Below are positions 55,331 to 64,000 of a stretch of DNA of 64,000 bases, piece by piece. The stretch's first letter is position 1. Every line of letters begins with the position of its first letter. Location: the NCBI GenBank assembly GCA_041300025.1, contig JBGLNL010000001.1:1598005-1662004 (forward strand), given 5' to 3'. Below the pieces are notes generated by a model. The model was not told the origin of the DNA, did no database searches, and saw nothing but the letters and a program-made list of their open reading frames with translations. The DNA comes from Dehalococcoidia bacterium. GTDB lineage: Bacteria > Chloroflexota > Dehalococcoidia > SZUA-161 > SpSt-899. Both the position numbers and the translations under genes were made by a program.

Positions 55331-56206
55331 ATGTTCGAATGGCTCGATCATGATTTTATGCAGCGGGCGGTGATGGCCGGGCTGCTGATTTCAGTGGCCT
55401 GCGGCGTCATCGGTGTGTATGTGGTGGTGAATCGCATCGTTTTTTTGAGCGGTGGAATTTCCCACGCCGCTTTTGGCGGGATCGGGATCGGATATTATGC
55501 CGGCATCGATCCGGTGATGGGCGCTCTTTACTTCAGTCTGGCGACTGCCTTCGGGATCGGAGTTCTCTCAAAAAAAAGCCGGTTGCCGGAGGATGCGGTT
55601 ATTGGGATTGCGTGGGCGGTGGGAATGGCGCTGGGAATCCTCTTCGTCGATATGACACCCGGCTATACCGGCGATCTGATGAGCTACCTCTTCGGCAGCA
55701 TTTTGCTAATTGAAGATTCTGATCTGATTCGGATGCTGATCCTGGATGGCGTCATCCTGATCATTGTTATCGTAATGTACAAGGAGCTTCTGGCGCGTTC
55801 GTTCGATGAAGAGTTCAGTACGGTGGTCGGAACCCCTGTCAGGATATTGTATCTGCTGGTTCTGGCGATGGTGGCGTTGAGCGTCGTGCTGATGGTCAAA
55901 CTGATCGGGATCATCCTGGTAATTGCGCTGCTGACAGTGCCGGCTGTCATTGCCAAACAGTTCACCTACAATCTCAAAAAAATGATGGCGCTAGCTGTCG
56001 TTTTCTGCGCGGGGATCACTTTTTTCGGGTTGTGGCTTTCCTATGAACTGGATGTAGCTTCAGGGGCTACGATCATCCTGTTTGGCGGGGGTATACTCTG
56101 CCCCCGAAGTCACCACTTATTCAGAGGTTCCTTAATTCGGGGATTAGAAAAACTGCAGGTTTATCACCGGTTCTACAAAAAAATCCGGGCAGCAGTTACC
56201 TGTTAA
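55331..56206 (+). CDS. metal ABC transporter permease (ZnuB-like); native C-terminus obscured by a repeat
   Basis: Multi-TM ABC-3 family pattern. From about 56086 the ORF is read from MITE copy E (..[18 protein letters not shown]..). Confidence 0.8.
   Translation: MFEWLDHDFMQRAVMAGLLISVACGVIGVYVVVNRIVFLSGGISHAAFGGIGIGYYAGIDPVMGALYFSLATAFGIGVLSKKSRLPEDAVIGIAWAVGMALGILFVDMTPGYTGDLMSYLFGSILLIEDSDLIRMLILDGVILIIVIVMYKELLARSFDEEFSTVVGTPVRILYLLVLAMVALSVVLMVKLIGIILVIALLTVPAVIAKQFTYNLKKMMALAVVFCAGITFFGLWLSYELDVASGATIILFGGGILCPRSHHLFRGSLIRGLEKLQVYHRFYKKIRAAVTC
56086..56135 (+). repeat. partial (right-end) copy of the MITE-like element, copy E
   Basis: gggggtatactctgcccccgaagtcaccacttattcagaggttccttaa. 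The last 31 nt before the terminal TTAA are identical to copy A. Confidence 0.75.
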
Positions 56207-57026
56207 TACCATCGGGATTCCCGGCAGGGGGCAAATCCGGTCCGGATGGCAGTTTGCGGTAGAGGTATACCAGTAATCCGATGGCCACTATTATCACAAT
56301 CAGCGATACCACCTGAGCCTGCTGCAACCCGAGGAATGCATCCTCGTTCGTTCTGAGAAAACTGATGAGAAAACGCCCCAATGAATAGACGGAAATATAT
56401 ATAAGGTAAATCGCTCCCGGCGGCCTGATTTTCTTTCTGATCAACCACAGGAATGCGAAAACCAGCAGGTCGAACAGCAGTTCGTATATCTGAGTGGGAT
56501 GAACGGCGATCCCCCTGGCAAATGTTTCATCAAACCCATAGGAATCCGGATGAGTCCACATCGTGCCCCACGGCAAATCGGTGGAAGTTCCGTAGCAACA
56601 GCCATTGAGAGTACAACCAATCCTGCCTACCGCCTGCGCCAGAATCAGCCCGAAAGCGCAAACATCGCACAAACGCCCGATCGGTATACCCCTGATTTTG
56701 GCATACATCACCCCTACAATGGTCCCCCCGAGGATCGCCCCAAAGACGCCCATCCCCTCACCCCCCACAATCTCCCCCGGGTTATCCATAAAATAGCTCC
56801 ATCTGTCAAAAACGTGGATAAGCCTGGCCCCGATAATCCCGCCGGGTACAGCCCAAATTGCCATGGAAAGTATATTATTCTGGGTCACGCGGCCAATCCC
56901 TTCTTTCCGCGCCAGCAGCATCGGCACAGCAACCCCGGTGAGAACCGCCAGAGCAACCATAATCCCATACCAGCGCACTTCCAGCGAACCTATCTCAAAC
57001 AGTATGGGGTCGATTCCTATTTCCAA
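56196..57026 (-). CDS. lgt: prolipoprotein diacylglyceryl transferase
   Basis: [39 protein letters not shown]. Confidence 0.9.
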   Translation of the reverse strand: MEIGIDPILFEIGSLEVRWYGIMVALAVLTGVAVPMLLARKEGIGRVTQNNILSMAIWAVPGGIIGARLIHVFDRWSYFMDNPGEIVGGEGMGVFGAILGGTIVGVMYAKIRGIPIGRLCDVCAFGLILAQAVGRIGCTLNGCCYGTSTDLPWGTMWTHPDSYGFDETFARGIAVHPTQIYELLFDLLVFAFLWLIRKKIRPPGAIYLIYISVYSLGRFLISFLRTNEDAFLGLQQAQVVSLIVIIVAIGLLVYLYRKLPSGPDLPPAGNPDGINR

Positions 57027-57191
57027 TGTCTCTCCATCTTCTGGTTCTTTTCGGCTATATCGAACAGTTTATTAAACAAACTTCCTGCTCTTCCCACTTA
57101 TTCATAACTCACGGAAAGATTCCGGAGAAAAGCTTCACTCTCGCTGGAAGAGGAAAAACCCTCTGAGTCAAGGGGCTTAAAGGCTCGCCTC

Positions 57192-57283
57192 TGGCGGAGG
57201 GAGTGGGATTCGAACCCACGATCAGGTTTAACCCCGATAAGCGCTTAGCAGGCGCCCGCACTAGACCACTATGCGATCCCTCC
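57192..57283 (-). tRNA. tRNA-Ser (anticodon GCU), CCA encoded
   Basis: The reverse complement is GGAGGGATCGCATAGTGGTCTAGTGCGGGCGCCTGCTAAGCGCTTATCGGGGTTAAACCTGATCGTGGGTTCGAATCCCACTCCCTCCGCCA. It folds with a 7-bp acceptor stem, anticodon loop CTGCTAA, a long variable arm and T-arm GTGGG-TTCGAAT-CCCAC. Confidence 0.9.
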
Positions 57284-57428
57284 CGTTGGCAAACTATACC
57301 ATTATAAAGCAAAGAGGCTATTTTTCAAAGAGCCACGGGGACAAATATATTCATTCTTGACAAAATACTATCCCACAGCATATTCTAATCGAAGTGGATT
57401 CACTATATACTGTCCATTTTCTTAAAGC

Positions 57429-59042
57429 ATGCTTTCAATGGTACTCAGCAGAATGCAAACAAAAGCGAGCCTCTTCGTCGAGTCAAAGGTGGCATCTATC
57501 TTGACCCGCTTGCAACCATTCCTTGCATCTCGAAGCATCGAGCCTTTTCTCGTTGGCGGATACGTCAGGAATGGCATCCTCGGAAAAACGAGCCATGATA
57601 TTGACCTCGCAGTTGACTGCGAAACTATCAATACTGCCATAGAGGCAGCCGATTTTTTGAACGGCAGGTTCGTGCTGCTCGATGAACTTCATCAGATTGC
57701 CAGAGTTGTCCTGATGCAAAACGACCAGAGATGGCATCTCGATTTTGCCGCCACCAGAGGATCCATCGAAGAGGACTTAACCAAGCGCGACTTCACCATC
57801 GACTCAATAGCCGTAAACCTAACACAGCTTGAGGCAGGATGGAATCAGGTGGAATGCATCGATCCGCTGGAAGGTATCGGCGATCTCGAAAGAAAGCTCA
57901 TCCGGGCTACAAATGAATCCATATTCAGGGATGATCCGGCCCGCCTTTTGCGCGCGTTCCGGCTGGCAGCCGAATTCGGGTTCTCCATCGAACCTCAAAC
58001 TGAAAAACTCATTGAACGCGATGGCGAACTGATTGCCAGCGTCAGTGGGGAAAGGATTCGGGAGGAACTCGGGCGTATCCTCGAAACAGATCAAACCACA
58101 GCATCGCTGCGGCAAATGGACCGGCTGGGATTTCTCGATTACCTCATACCGGAGCTTTCGGTCTGCAAAGGTGTCGAACAACCCAAAGAGCATTTCTGGA
58201 ATGTCTTTGACCATTCCATAGAAACAGTAGCAGCCACGGAGAGACTCCTGGCGGCATTGAAATCAGATGATGAGTTGCTCGATTCTTTTGCCTTCTCAAC
58301 TGAACTGGTTGAATACTTTGAGCAAAAGGCGGGCAACGGCCTTACCCGCAAGGCACTGATTAAACTGGCTGCCCTGCTGCACGACGTGGCAAAACCACAG
58401 GCAAAAAGCTTCGATGAGGAAAAAGGCAAAATGCGCTTTCTGGGACATGCTCAAGAGGGTGCCCGTATCGCCGGAAATATTCTGGAACGGTTTCGATTCA
58501 GTTCGCTGGAAAAGGAAATAGTAACCAGAGTGATCGACCAGCACATGAGGCCGGGGCATCTCAGCAACACCCCGGAACCACCGACACCTCGGGCTGTTTA
58601 CCGCTACTTCCGAGATAATTCTGATACAGGGATCGATACCCTCTTCCTCAGCCTCGCCGATCATTTAGCCACGCGAGGGCCTTCATTAGGAATAGAGAAC
58701 TGGCAAAAACATCTGGCAGTAACCGGGCAAATGCTCTACAGTTGGTTCAATGAAGAGACAGTAGTTTCGCCTCCGAAGCTTATAGATGGCCACACCCTGA
58801 TCGAAACACTGGGGATGTCACCGGGGCCAGAGATAGGCAAGTTGCTGGAAACCGTGCGGGAAGCTCAGGCTTCCGGGGAAATTAAAACCAGGGAAGAAGC
58901 CCTGGATATTGCTAGAAAGGAGTTCGACAAGAAACATGCGTCTTCCTGCCGGGGGTTTTGGGGGTGTCCCCCAACACAAACTTCCCCCATGATTGGGGGA
59001 TCGAGGGGGCTGAAAAAGAGTTTTCAGACAACCTGTACATGA
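57429..59042 (+). CDS. cca: CCA-adding enzyme / poly(A) polymerase family tRNA nucleotidyltransferase with HD domain; C-terminal tail read from a repeat
   Basis: LVGGYVRNGILGKTSHDIDLAV, RDFTIDSIA, ALLHDVAKP (HD). The last ~30 codons (SSCRGFWGCPPTQTSPMIGGSRG..) are MITE copy C sequence. Confidence 0.8.
   Translation: MLSMVLSRMQTKASLFVESKVASILTRLQPFLASRSIEPFLVGGYVRNGILGKTSHDIDLAVDCETINTAIEAADFLNGRFVLLDELHQIARVVLMQNDQRWHLDFAATRGSIEEDLTKRDFTIDSIAVNLTQLEAGWNQVECIDPLEGIGDLERKLIRATNESIFRDDPARLLRAFRLAAEFGFSIEPQTEKLIERDGELIASVSGERIREELGRILETDQTTASLRQMDRLGFLDYLIPELSVCKGVEQPKEHFWNVFDHSIETVAATERLLAALKSDDELLDSFAFSTELVEYFEQKAGNGLTRKALIKLAALLHDVAKPQAKSFDEEKGKMRFLGHAQEGARIAGNILERFRFSSLEKEIVTRVIDQHMRPGHLSNTPEPPTPRAVYRYFRDNSDTGIDTLFLSLADHLATRGPSLGIENWQKHLAVTGQMLYSWFNEETVVSPPKLIDGHTLIETLGMSPGPEIGKLLETVREAQASGEIKTREEALDIARKEFDKKHASSCRGFWGCPPTQTSPMIGGSRGLKKSFQTTCT
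58950..59027 (-). repeat. MITE-like element, copy C (core conserved, ends degenerate)
   Basis: The reverse complement contains gatcccccaatcatgggggaag....ttgggggacaccccca.aacccccg, matching the copy A core. Confidence 0.7.
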
Positions 59043-59149
59043 AACATTAGTGATGTCCTTTTATAATTGCCGGGTTAATAGCCGTGAACCTCGATGATAA
59101 GCATCATGAAAGATTTTGCTTGGAAAAGCGCCCGGTGTTAGAATAGAGT

Positions 59150-60637
59150 TTGAGTATGGATTCCGACCAGTTCAAATGCTTATTTAATCCGCGGTCTGTA
59201 GCGGTTATCGGCGCTTCCAACACTTTTGGGAAATGGGGTTTTAACATCTTCAATCGGGTGTTGGCCTCAAGTCCGGGACGGGCTGTTTATCCCGTTAACA
59301 GGGAATCATCAGAAGTGCTGGGTGTCCGGGCTTACGAAAGCATTACCGATGTCCCGGAACCGGTCGAACTTGCCGTAATTACTGTTCCCCCCAAATTCGT
59401 TCCCTATGTGATCTGTGATTGCGCCCGCAAAGGCGTGAAAGTTGCGGAGATCATCACTGCCGGTTTTGGGGAAGTCGGGGAAGAGGGAGAAGGGCAGGAG
59501 CGGGAGATGATTAAGGTAGCGGGCGCGAGCGGGATGCGCCTCGTAGGGCCCAATTCGATGGGCCATCTGGATACTCATGCTGATTTTTACACTTCTCCCT
59601 GGATAACCGGTGTCAAAAAGGGGGGTGTTGGCCTCATTTCACAGAGCGGAAATTTTGGCATTAATGTCATCCGGGCGGGTATGGCTATGGGGGTGGGCTT
59701 CTCCAAATTTATCAGCAGTGGAAACGAAGCCGATTTGAAGTTTGAAGATTATCTGGAACAGTTTGCTAACGACGAAAATACCAGAGTGATTATTGCCTAT
59801 GTGGAAGGATTGCGTCAGGGCCAGCGCTTTTTGAAGCTGGCTAAAGAGATAACCAAACGCAAACCTATAGTGATTCTGAAAGCCGGCAGAACCGGCTCCG
59901 GGGCCAGGGCAGCGCATTCGCATACGGCGACCCTTGCCGGAGAGGACCGGATATACGATGCGGTTTTCAGGCAGACCGGTGTAATCAGGGTTGATGGAAT
60001 CGATGAACTGATTGATACGGCGGGCACGCTTCTTCGCCAGCCGATTCCTGAAGGCAGAAAGGTAGGAATCCTGACCGGGGGAGGTGGTCCCGGTGTAATT
60101 GCCACCGACGCTTGCGAGCGTCTGGGTCTTGAGATAGCGGATATTTCCCGTTCCACGATTGAGAAGCTGAATGCGATTCTCCCCCCACGCTGGCCGCAGG
60201 CTAATCCGGTTGATATGGTGGGGGAGACCACTCTCACCTATCCATGCCTGCTGGAACTGATCGAGGATGAGAATGTCGATGCGGTATTGTCTCTGGCAGT
60301 TGGATTTGCCGATGCCATTCGAACGATCGTGATGGATTATGTCCATTCCGATATCTATGATGAGGTTGATCGTTTTATCAAGTCTGAAGAAAAGAGGGAA
60401 CTGGAACAATTAAAACAAGTGATCGAGCGGATGGATGCTCTGGGCAAACCCGTGTTTTTCTGCCCGCCATCCGGGATCGAGGACCTTTCAACCATCACTC
60501 ACCTTTCACAAAATGGAATCCTTACCTATCCGAGTATGGAGCGTGCGGCAAAGGCGCTGGCTCATCTGGCCGGTTACGGGGAATATCTGAGCACGTCACG
60601 ATTAAGTGATGAGGGTAACGAAGCGGCCGCCGGTTAG
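59150..60637 (+). CDS. ADP-forming acetyl/acyl-CoA synthetase family protein (CoA-binding plus CoA-ligase domains)
   Basis: PRSVAVIGASNTFGKWGFNIF, VPEPVELAVITVP, LVGPNSMG, ISQSGNFG, HSHTATLAG. Confidence 0.8.
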   Translation: MSMDSDQFKCLFNPRSVAVIGASNTFGKWGFNIFNRVLASSPGRAVYPVNRESSEVLGVRAYESITDVPEPVELAVITVPPKFVPYVICDCARKGVKVAEIITAGFGEVGEEGEGQEREMIKVAGASGMRLVGPNSMGHLDTHADFYTSPWITGVKKGGVGLISQSGNFGINVIRAGMAMGVGFSKFISSGNEADLKFEDYLEQFANDENTRVIIAYVEGLRQGQRFLKLAKEITKRKPIVILKAGRTGSGARAAHSHTATLAGEDRIYDAVFRQTGVIRVDGIDELIDTAGTLLRQPIPEGRKVGILTGGGGPGVIATDACERLGLEIADISRSTIEKLNAILPPRWPQANPVDMVGETTLTYPCLLELIEDENVDAVLSLAVGFADAIRTIVMDYVHSDIYDEVDRFIKSEEKRELEQLKQVIERMDALGKPVFFCPPSGIEDLSTITHLSQNGILTYPSMERAAKALAHLAGYGEYLSTSRLSDEGNEAAAG

Positions 60638-60698
60638 TGTTCAGTAATCAGAAAAAGTGGTATTATGGAGTTTAAAAATCGGCAATAAGGGGTAAATC

Positions 60699-61178
60699 AT
60701 GGAAGAGATTCTCAAGATACTCGAAGATGATGCCAGAACCACTCCCGAGCAGATTGCCACCATGACTGGCAAGAGCAGGAAAGAGGTAAAGGAATACATC
60801 CGTCAGGCCGAAAAAGACCGTACTATTGTCAAATACAAAACGATGGTCAACTGGGAGAAGCTTGGCAGAGAAGAAGTCTGGGCTATTATCGAAGTCAGGC
60901 TGCAACCGCAGCGTGAGGTGGGGTTTGATTCCGTGGCCGAGCGTATTTATCGTTTCCCCGAAGTCCGGTCAGCTTATCTGGTTTCCGGGGGATATGATCT
61001 GGCTGTCATGGTGACCGGTAAGACGATTCAGGAAGTAGCCGGATTTGTATCGCGGAAGCTGGCAACTCTGGAAATGGTGCAGGGAACGGCGACCCACTTT
61101 TTGCTGAAGCGTTATAAAGAGGATGGAGAAATACTCGAAGGTGAGGAAAAGCCTAAAAGGCAGCCGATGACCCTTTGA
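60699..61178 (+). CDS. Lrp/AsnC family transcriptional regulator
   Basis: 159 aa. N-terminal wHTH ILKILEDDARTTPEQIATMTGKSRKEVKEYI, and a C-terminal RAM-like domain VRSAYLVSGGYDLAVMV. Confidence 0.75.
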   Translation: MEEILKILEDDARTTPEQIATMTGKSRKEVKEYIRQAEKDRTIVKYKTMVNWEKLGREEVWAIIEVRLQPQREVGFDSVAERIYRFPEVRSAYLVSGGYDLAVMVTGKTIQEVAGFVSRKLATLEMVQGTATHFLLKRYKEDGEILEGEEKPKRQPMTL

Positions 61179-61321
61179 TTTGCCGGGATACGGTTATCAA
61201 AAAATCTTTACCTGTAGAACAATAGTCCTTGCCCCGGTAATACCACGGCACACCGTTCCCCGCAACTCGTTTTCGTCCGGATTTATTACCCTTTTTATCC
61301 AGTAACGGTCAAACACAAGAT

Positions 61322-61348
61322 GGGGGGCAGGTTGAAAACCTGCCCCCC
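61322..61348. terminator. strong GC hairpin, bidirectional terminator-like, downstream of the response-regulator gene
   Basis: ggggggcagg-ttgaaaa-cctgcccccc: a 10-bp perfect stem located 8 nt past the stop at 61356. Confidence 0.6.
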
Positions 61349-61355
61349 TTGGCCT

Positions 61356-61790
61356 TTATTTGGACATGACCATCTTTTCAAAATCCATCGGGAAGTAGGT
61401 ACCGTTATAGACTGCCCTTACCCCATCGACAAGTTGAGTGCTGGCGGCTTTTTTGGGTATGAATCCCAAAGCTCCGGCTTCCGCACAGACTTGCATGTTT
61501 TCCTCTTCATCGTATTGCGTAAGGATAAGGACCCTGGTTTGCGGATACTGTTTGACGATCTCTTTAGTTGCCTGAACTCCGCTCATAACCGGCATCATGA
61601 TATCGAGTAATGCCACATCGGGCATGAGCCGAGAGAGCTTATCGAGTGCTTCTTTGCCGTTACCGGCTTCACCCACCACCGCCATATCTTTTTGTAATGC
61701 CAGAACGGCGCATATTCCGTCGCGGACCATGGTGTGGTCATCCGCCACCAGCACTTTGATGATCTTTTCGATCTGTTCCACAATAGTCAT
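61356..61790 (-). CDS. response regulator receiver domain protein (NarL-type receiver, no output domain)
   Basis: MTIVEQIEKIIKVLVADDHTMVRDGICAVL...PDVALLDIMMPVMSG...VLILTQY...GALGFIPKKA. It has its own ATG at 61790, but the track merges it in frame with the upstream antiporter fragment. Confidence 0.7.
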   Translation of the reverse strand: MTIVEQIEKIIKVLVADDHTMVRDGICAVLALQKDMAVVGEAGNGKEALDKLSRLMPDVALLDIMMPVMSGVQATKEIVKQYPQTRVLILTQYDEEENMQVCAEAGALGFIPKKAASTQLVDGVRAVYNGTYFPMDFEKMVMSK

Positions 61791-62852
61791 CACGTTCGCA
61801 TTGACATGGCCGAAGTCCACCCCGATTGCGACGATGACAAGGGAAAACTCACTTATTTGAGCCAGATTGAGAGGCACCAGGAAACTTACCCGAATGCCTT
61901 TCCGCATAAAATAAAGTGGAGGAAACACAGTAATAAAGCGGCTGGCTATAAGGAAAAGGGAAGCCAAAAGAGACATGATGATGTTATGAGTGCTTGGCTC
62001 ATCCACTTTCATGCCCAGAGATACGAAAAACAGAATCAGGAAGAAAGAACGGATACTGGTAACCCTGTCACTTATCTCCTGTCTGTATGGGAATGCGGAA
62101 AGGCTGATACCGGCAATCAGTGCCCCCATCGCCCGGCTCAATTCAGCCACATCGCCTGAAATCCACGAAATCAGGAAACACCATCCCAGCGCGGTGACAA
62201 GGACAAGCTCAGGGCTCTTGGCAATGCCCCTGAACACGATCGGGAGAACAAAGCGGCTGGCCAGCACGCAACCTGCGATCAAAGCTGCTCCCTTGAGCAT
62301 GGACAAAGCCAGCTTGTAAACTTCCGGATTGGCCAGGTCAGGCTGTATAGTCAGGAAAATAATCGCCCAGATATCCTGTAAAACGAGTACTCCCAGAGTC
62401 AGCCGCCCGGGCAGAGTGTCAAGCTCGAACTTGTCATAGAGAATCTTGACCACAATCATGGTGCTGCTGAGGGCGAACGTGATCGATAAATACAGGGCAG
62501 CATATTTGCCGCCATCATCGAATCCGGGAAGATTGAAAAATGCCAGTCCAAGGGCAACGCACAAAGCAAACTGGAGAACTGCTGTGATCAGAAGTGATTT
62601 GCCGAAACGTCTGATCTTTCCGAGGTTCAATTCCAAACCAACCATGAACAGCAGGGCGATCAGGCCCAGTTCGGAACTGAAATCAATCACTTCCGGTTCG
62701 GTTACCCATTCAAGTCCAAGCTGAGGACCAATGAGAATACCCGCTATTATATATCCGAAAATAACCGGCTGACGAAGCAGATGGACGATATAACCCAAAA
62801 ATGCCGCAGCGACAATCGAGATCAAAACGCCATTGATTATTTCAGTTTCCAT
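61791..62852 (-). CDS. cation:proton antiporter (CPA2/Kef-type Na_H_Exchanger), 3'-truncated
   Basis: PVIFGYIIAGILIGPQLGL, ELGLIALLFMVGLELNL, LAQISEFSLVIVAIG. The last TM segments are missing and it runs in frame into the receiver domain. Confidence 0.75.
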
Positions 62853-62897
62853 ATTTACACATCTTTACCGAATACTACACCTTACATGCGACCAATT

Positions 62898-64000
62898 TCA
62901 ACGACAGGCTGTAACCCGGTAGACCTTCACCGGCTCCGATTTCCCCTTAAATGTTTGAGCCTCCAACTCTTCAACTTCCAAATATTCATGTGCCTGACTA
63001 TATGTTTCCGGCCCGATCCATATTTCATCACCAGGGGTAGCACTGCAAATTCGAGAGGCCAGGTTGACACTATCCCCGATAACCGTATATTCGACACGTC
63101 CGGCGGACCCCACATTACCGGCAATGGCCTTCCCCGTATTAATGCCTATGCCGAATTGCACTCTCAGGATTGATTCATCGCTTCGAGGTAGCGCCATCAA
63201 AGCTTGCTGAGCCTCTATCGCTGCTTTCACTGCGAGTCTGGCATGCTCCGCCTGAGCTTCGGGGGCATTCCACACAGCCATAATATTATCACCGGCAAAC
63301 TTATTAACCATGCCACCGTTCTGCAGGACTTTGTCGATTACAATGGAAAGATGCTCATTGAGCATACTGACAACGGAGTCGGGAGACATCTGCTCGCTCA
63401 TCTGGGTGAAATGGCGGATATCTGCAAAGAGCACAGTGACTTCCCGCGTCTCGCCTCCAAGATTGAGCTGGCCGTTATTAGCCAGATGGATAATCTCTCT
63501 GGCAACCTGAGGCGAAACGTATCGGCCAAAAAGGTTGCTGACAAATCGTTTATCTGATTGGCCAATAACAACAAGGCACATAACATGGGCGATGAAAAGC
63601 ACCAGTATAAGCGATAGCGGATATAACATATTGAGAATGTAACCCATATCGAAACTGATAAAAATGCCTGCCACGTAACCGATGAACAGGAGCAACAGCA
63701 ACGATATCCCCCATCGTAATTTCAAGTGTGGCAAAGCTAAAGCTATGATAACTACCAGTAATAGTAAAATCAACAATGTAATTATCTTACCCGCTTCGCT
63801 CAAGTATTGTTCCCTTAATATTGTGTCAGCCGCTGCCGCATGAATGAATACTCCCGGTATCTTCCCGGATTTTGTAGGGACTGCCCATGCATCAAGTTCG
63901 CCGGTGGCCGTCATCCCAATCAGCACCATCTTGTTTTTTACCAGCGAAGGGTCGAAATTGCCACTGATAACATCCCCATAAGAAATGTAATCGAATCCTT
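62898..64000 (-). CDS. CHASE2-domain adenylate/guanylate cyclase; the 5' end runs beyond the right edge
   Basis: Class III cyclase domain VTVLFADIRHFTQMSE...KFAGDNIMAVWNAP...IGINTGKAIAGNVGS..RVEYTVIGDSVNLASR. It is preceded by 3 TM segments and the end of a CHASE2 domain (KMVLIGMTATG...GVFIHAAAADTIL). The frame is open to position 64000. Confidence 0.85.
   Translation of the reverse strand, partial: GFDYISYGDVISGNFDPSLVKNKMVLIGMTATGELDAWAVPTKSGKIPGVFIHAAAADTILREQYLSEAGKIITLLILLLLVVIIALALPHLKLRWGISLLLLLFIGYVAGIFISFDMGYILNMLYPLSLILVLFIAHVMCLVVIGQSDKRFVSNLFGRYVSPQVAREIIHLANNGQLNLGGETREVTVLFADIRHFTQMSEQMSPDSVVSMLNEHLSIVIDKVLQNGGMVNKFAGDNIMAVWNAPEAQAEHARLAVKAAIEAQQALMALPRSDESILRVQFGIGINTGKAIAGNVGSAGRVEYTVIGDSVNLASRICSATPGDEIWIGPETYSQAHEYLEVEELEAQTFKGKSEPVKVYRVTACR

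Overview
This 64-kb window reads best as a mosaic, not as one contiguous native locus.

**Gene content.** Blocks of ordinary bacterial housekeeping and anaerobe-type metabolism genes are present:
- recG', degV, a GlcD/GlcF-like oxidase pair, pyrC, rpsL-rpsG-fusA'
- 'obg-nadD-pyrE, trpC-trpF-trpB'
- two 2-hydroxyacyl-CoA dehydratase loci
- a tungstate/molybdate-related cluster
- tgt, 'msrA, a DJ-1/CBS/glutaredoxin/flavoprotein redox cluster, a multi-PAS histidine kinase
- nfi, cvpA, gyrA', a znuABC-like transporter, lgt, tRNA-Ser(GCU), cca, an ADP-forming acyl-CoA synthetase, lrp, and a CHASE2 adenylate cyclase

**Junctions.** At least a dozen abrupt junctions join truncated genes with no intergenic DNA. 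Many coincide with sharp base-composition changes: single 60-nt lines range from about 37% to about 70% G+C.

**Evidence that many junctions are assembly or concatenation artefacts rather than biology:**
1. gyrA is split into a 5' part (51889-53256, +) and a 3' part (23911-22700, -). The two parts share a perfectly identical 99-bp overlap. The 3' part is fused in frame to a truncated trpB.
2. A 19-nt exact match to the Illumina TruSeq adapter sits at 35800-35818, at a gene truncation point.
3. Half-copies of a dispersed repeat sit at several junctions.

**Repeat family.** The repeat is a roughly 100-bp MITE-like element with terminal inverted repeats (TAAGGAACCTCTGA) and G5/C5 hairpins. I count 4 full or near-full copies and 5 partial copies. 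They lie at gene ends, and several ORFs read into them.

**Accessory systems.** The only clear accessory system is a compact, AT-rich type II restriction-modification module. It has a controller (C) protein and a perfect 10+10-bp palindromic operator between divergent C-R and M genes.

**Not found.** I saw no CRISPR array, rRNA, transposase, integrase or prophage genes. I saw no convincing coherent novel multi-gene system. Candidates worth a second look are listed with modest scores. Apparent fusion proteins should be treated as suspect until the junctions are validated.
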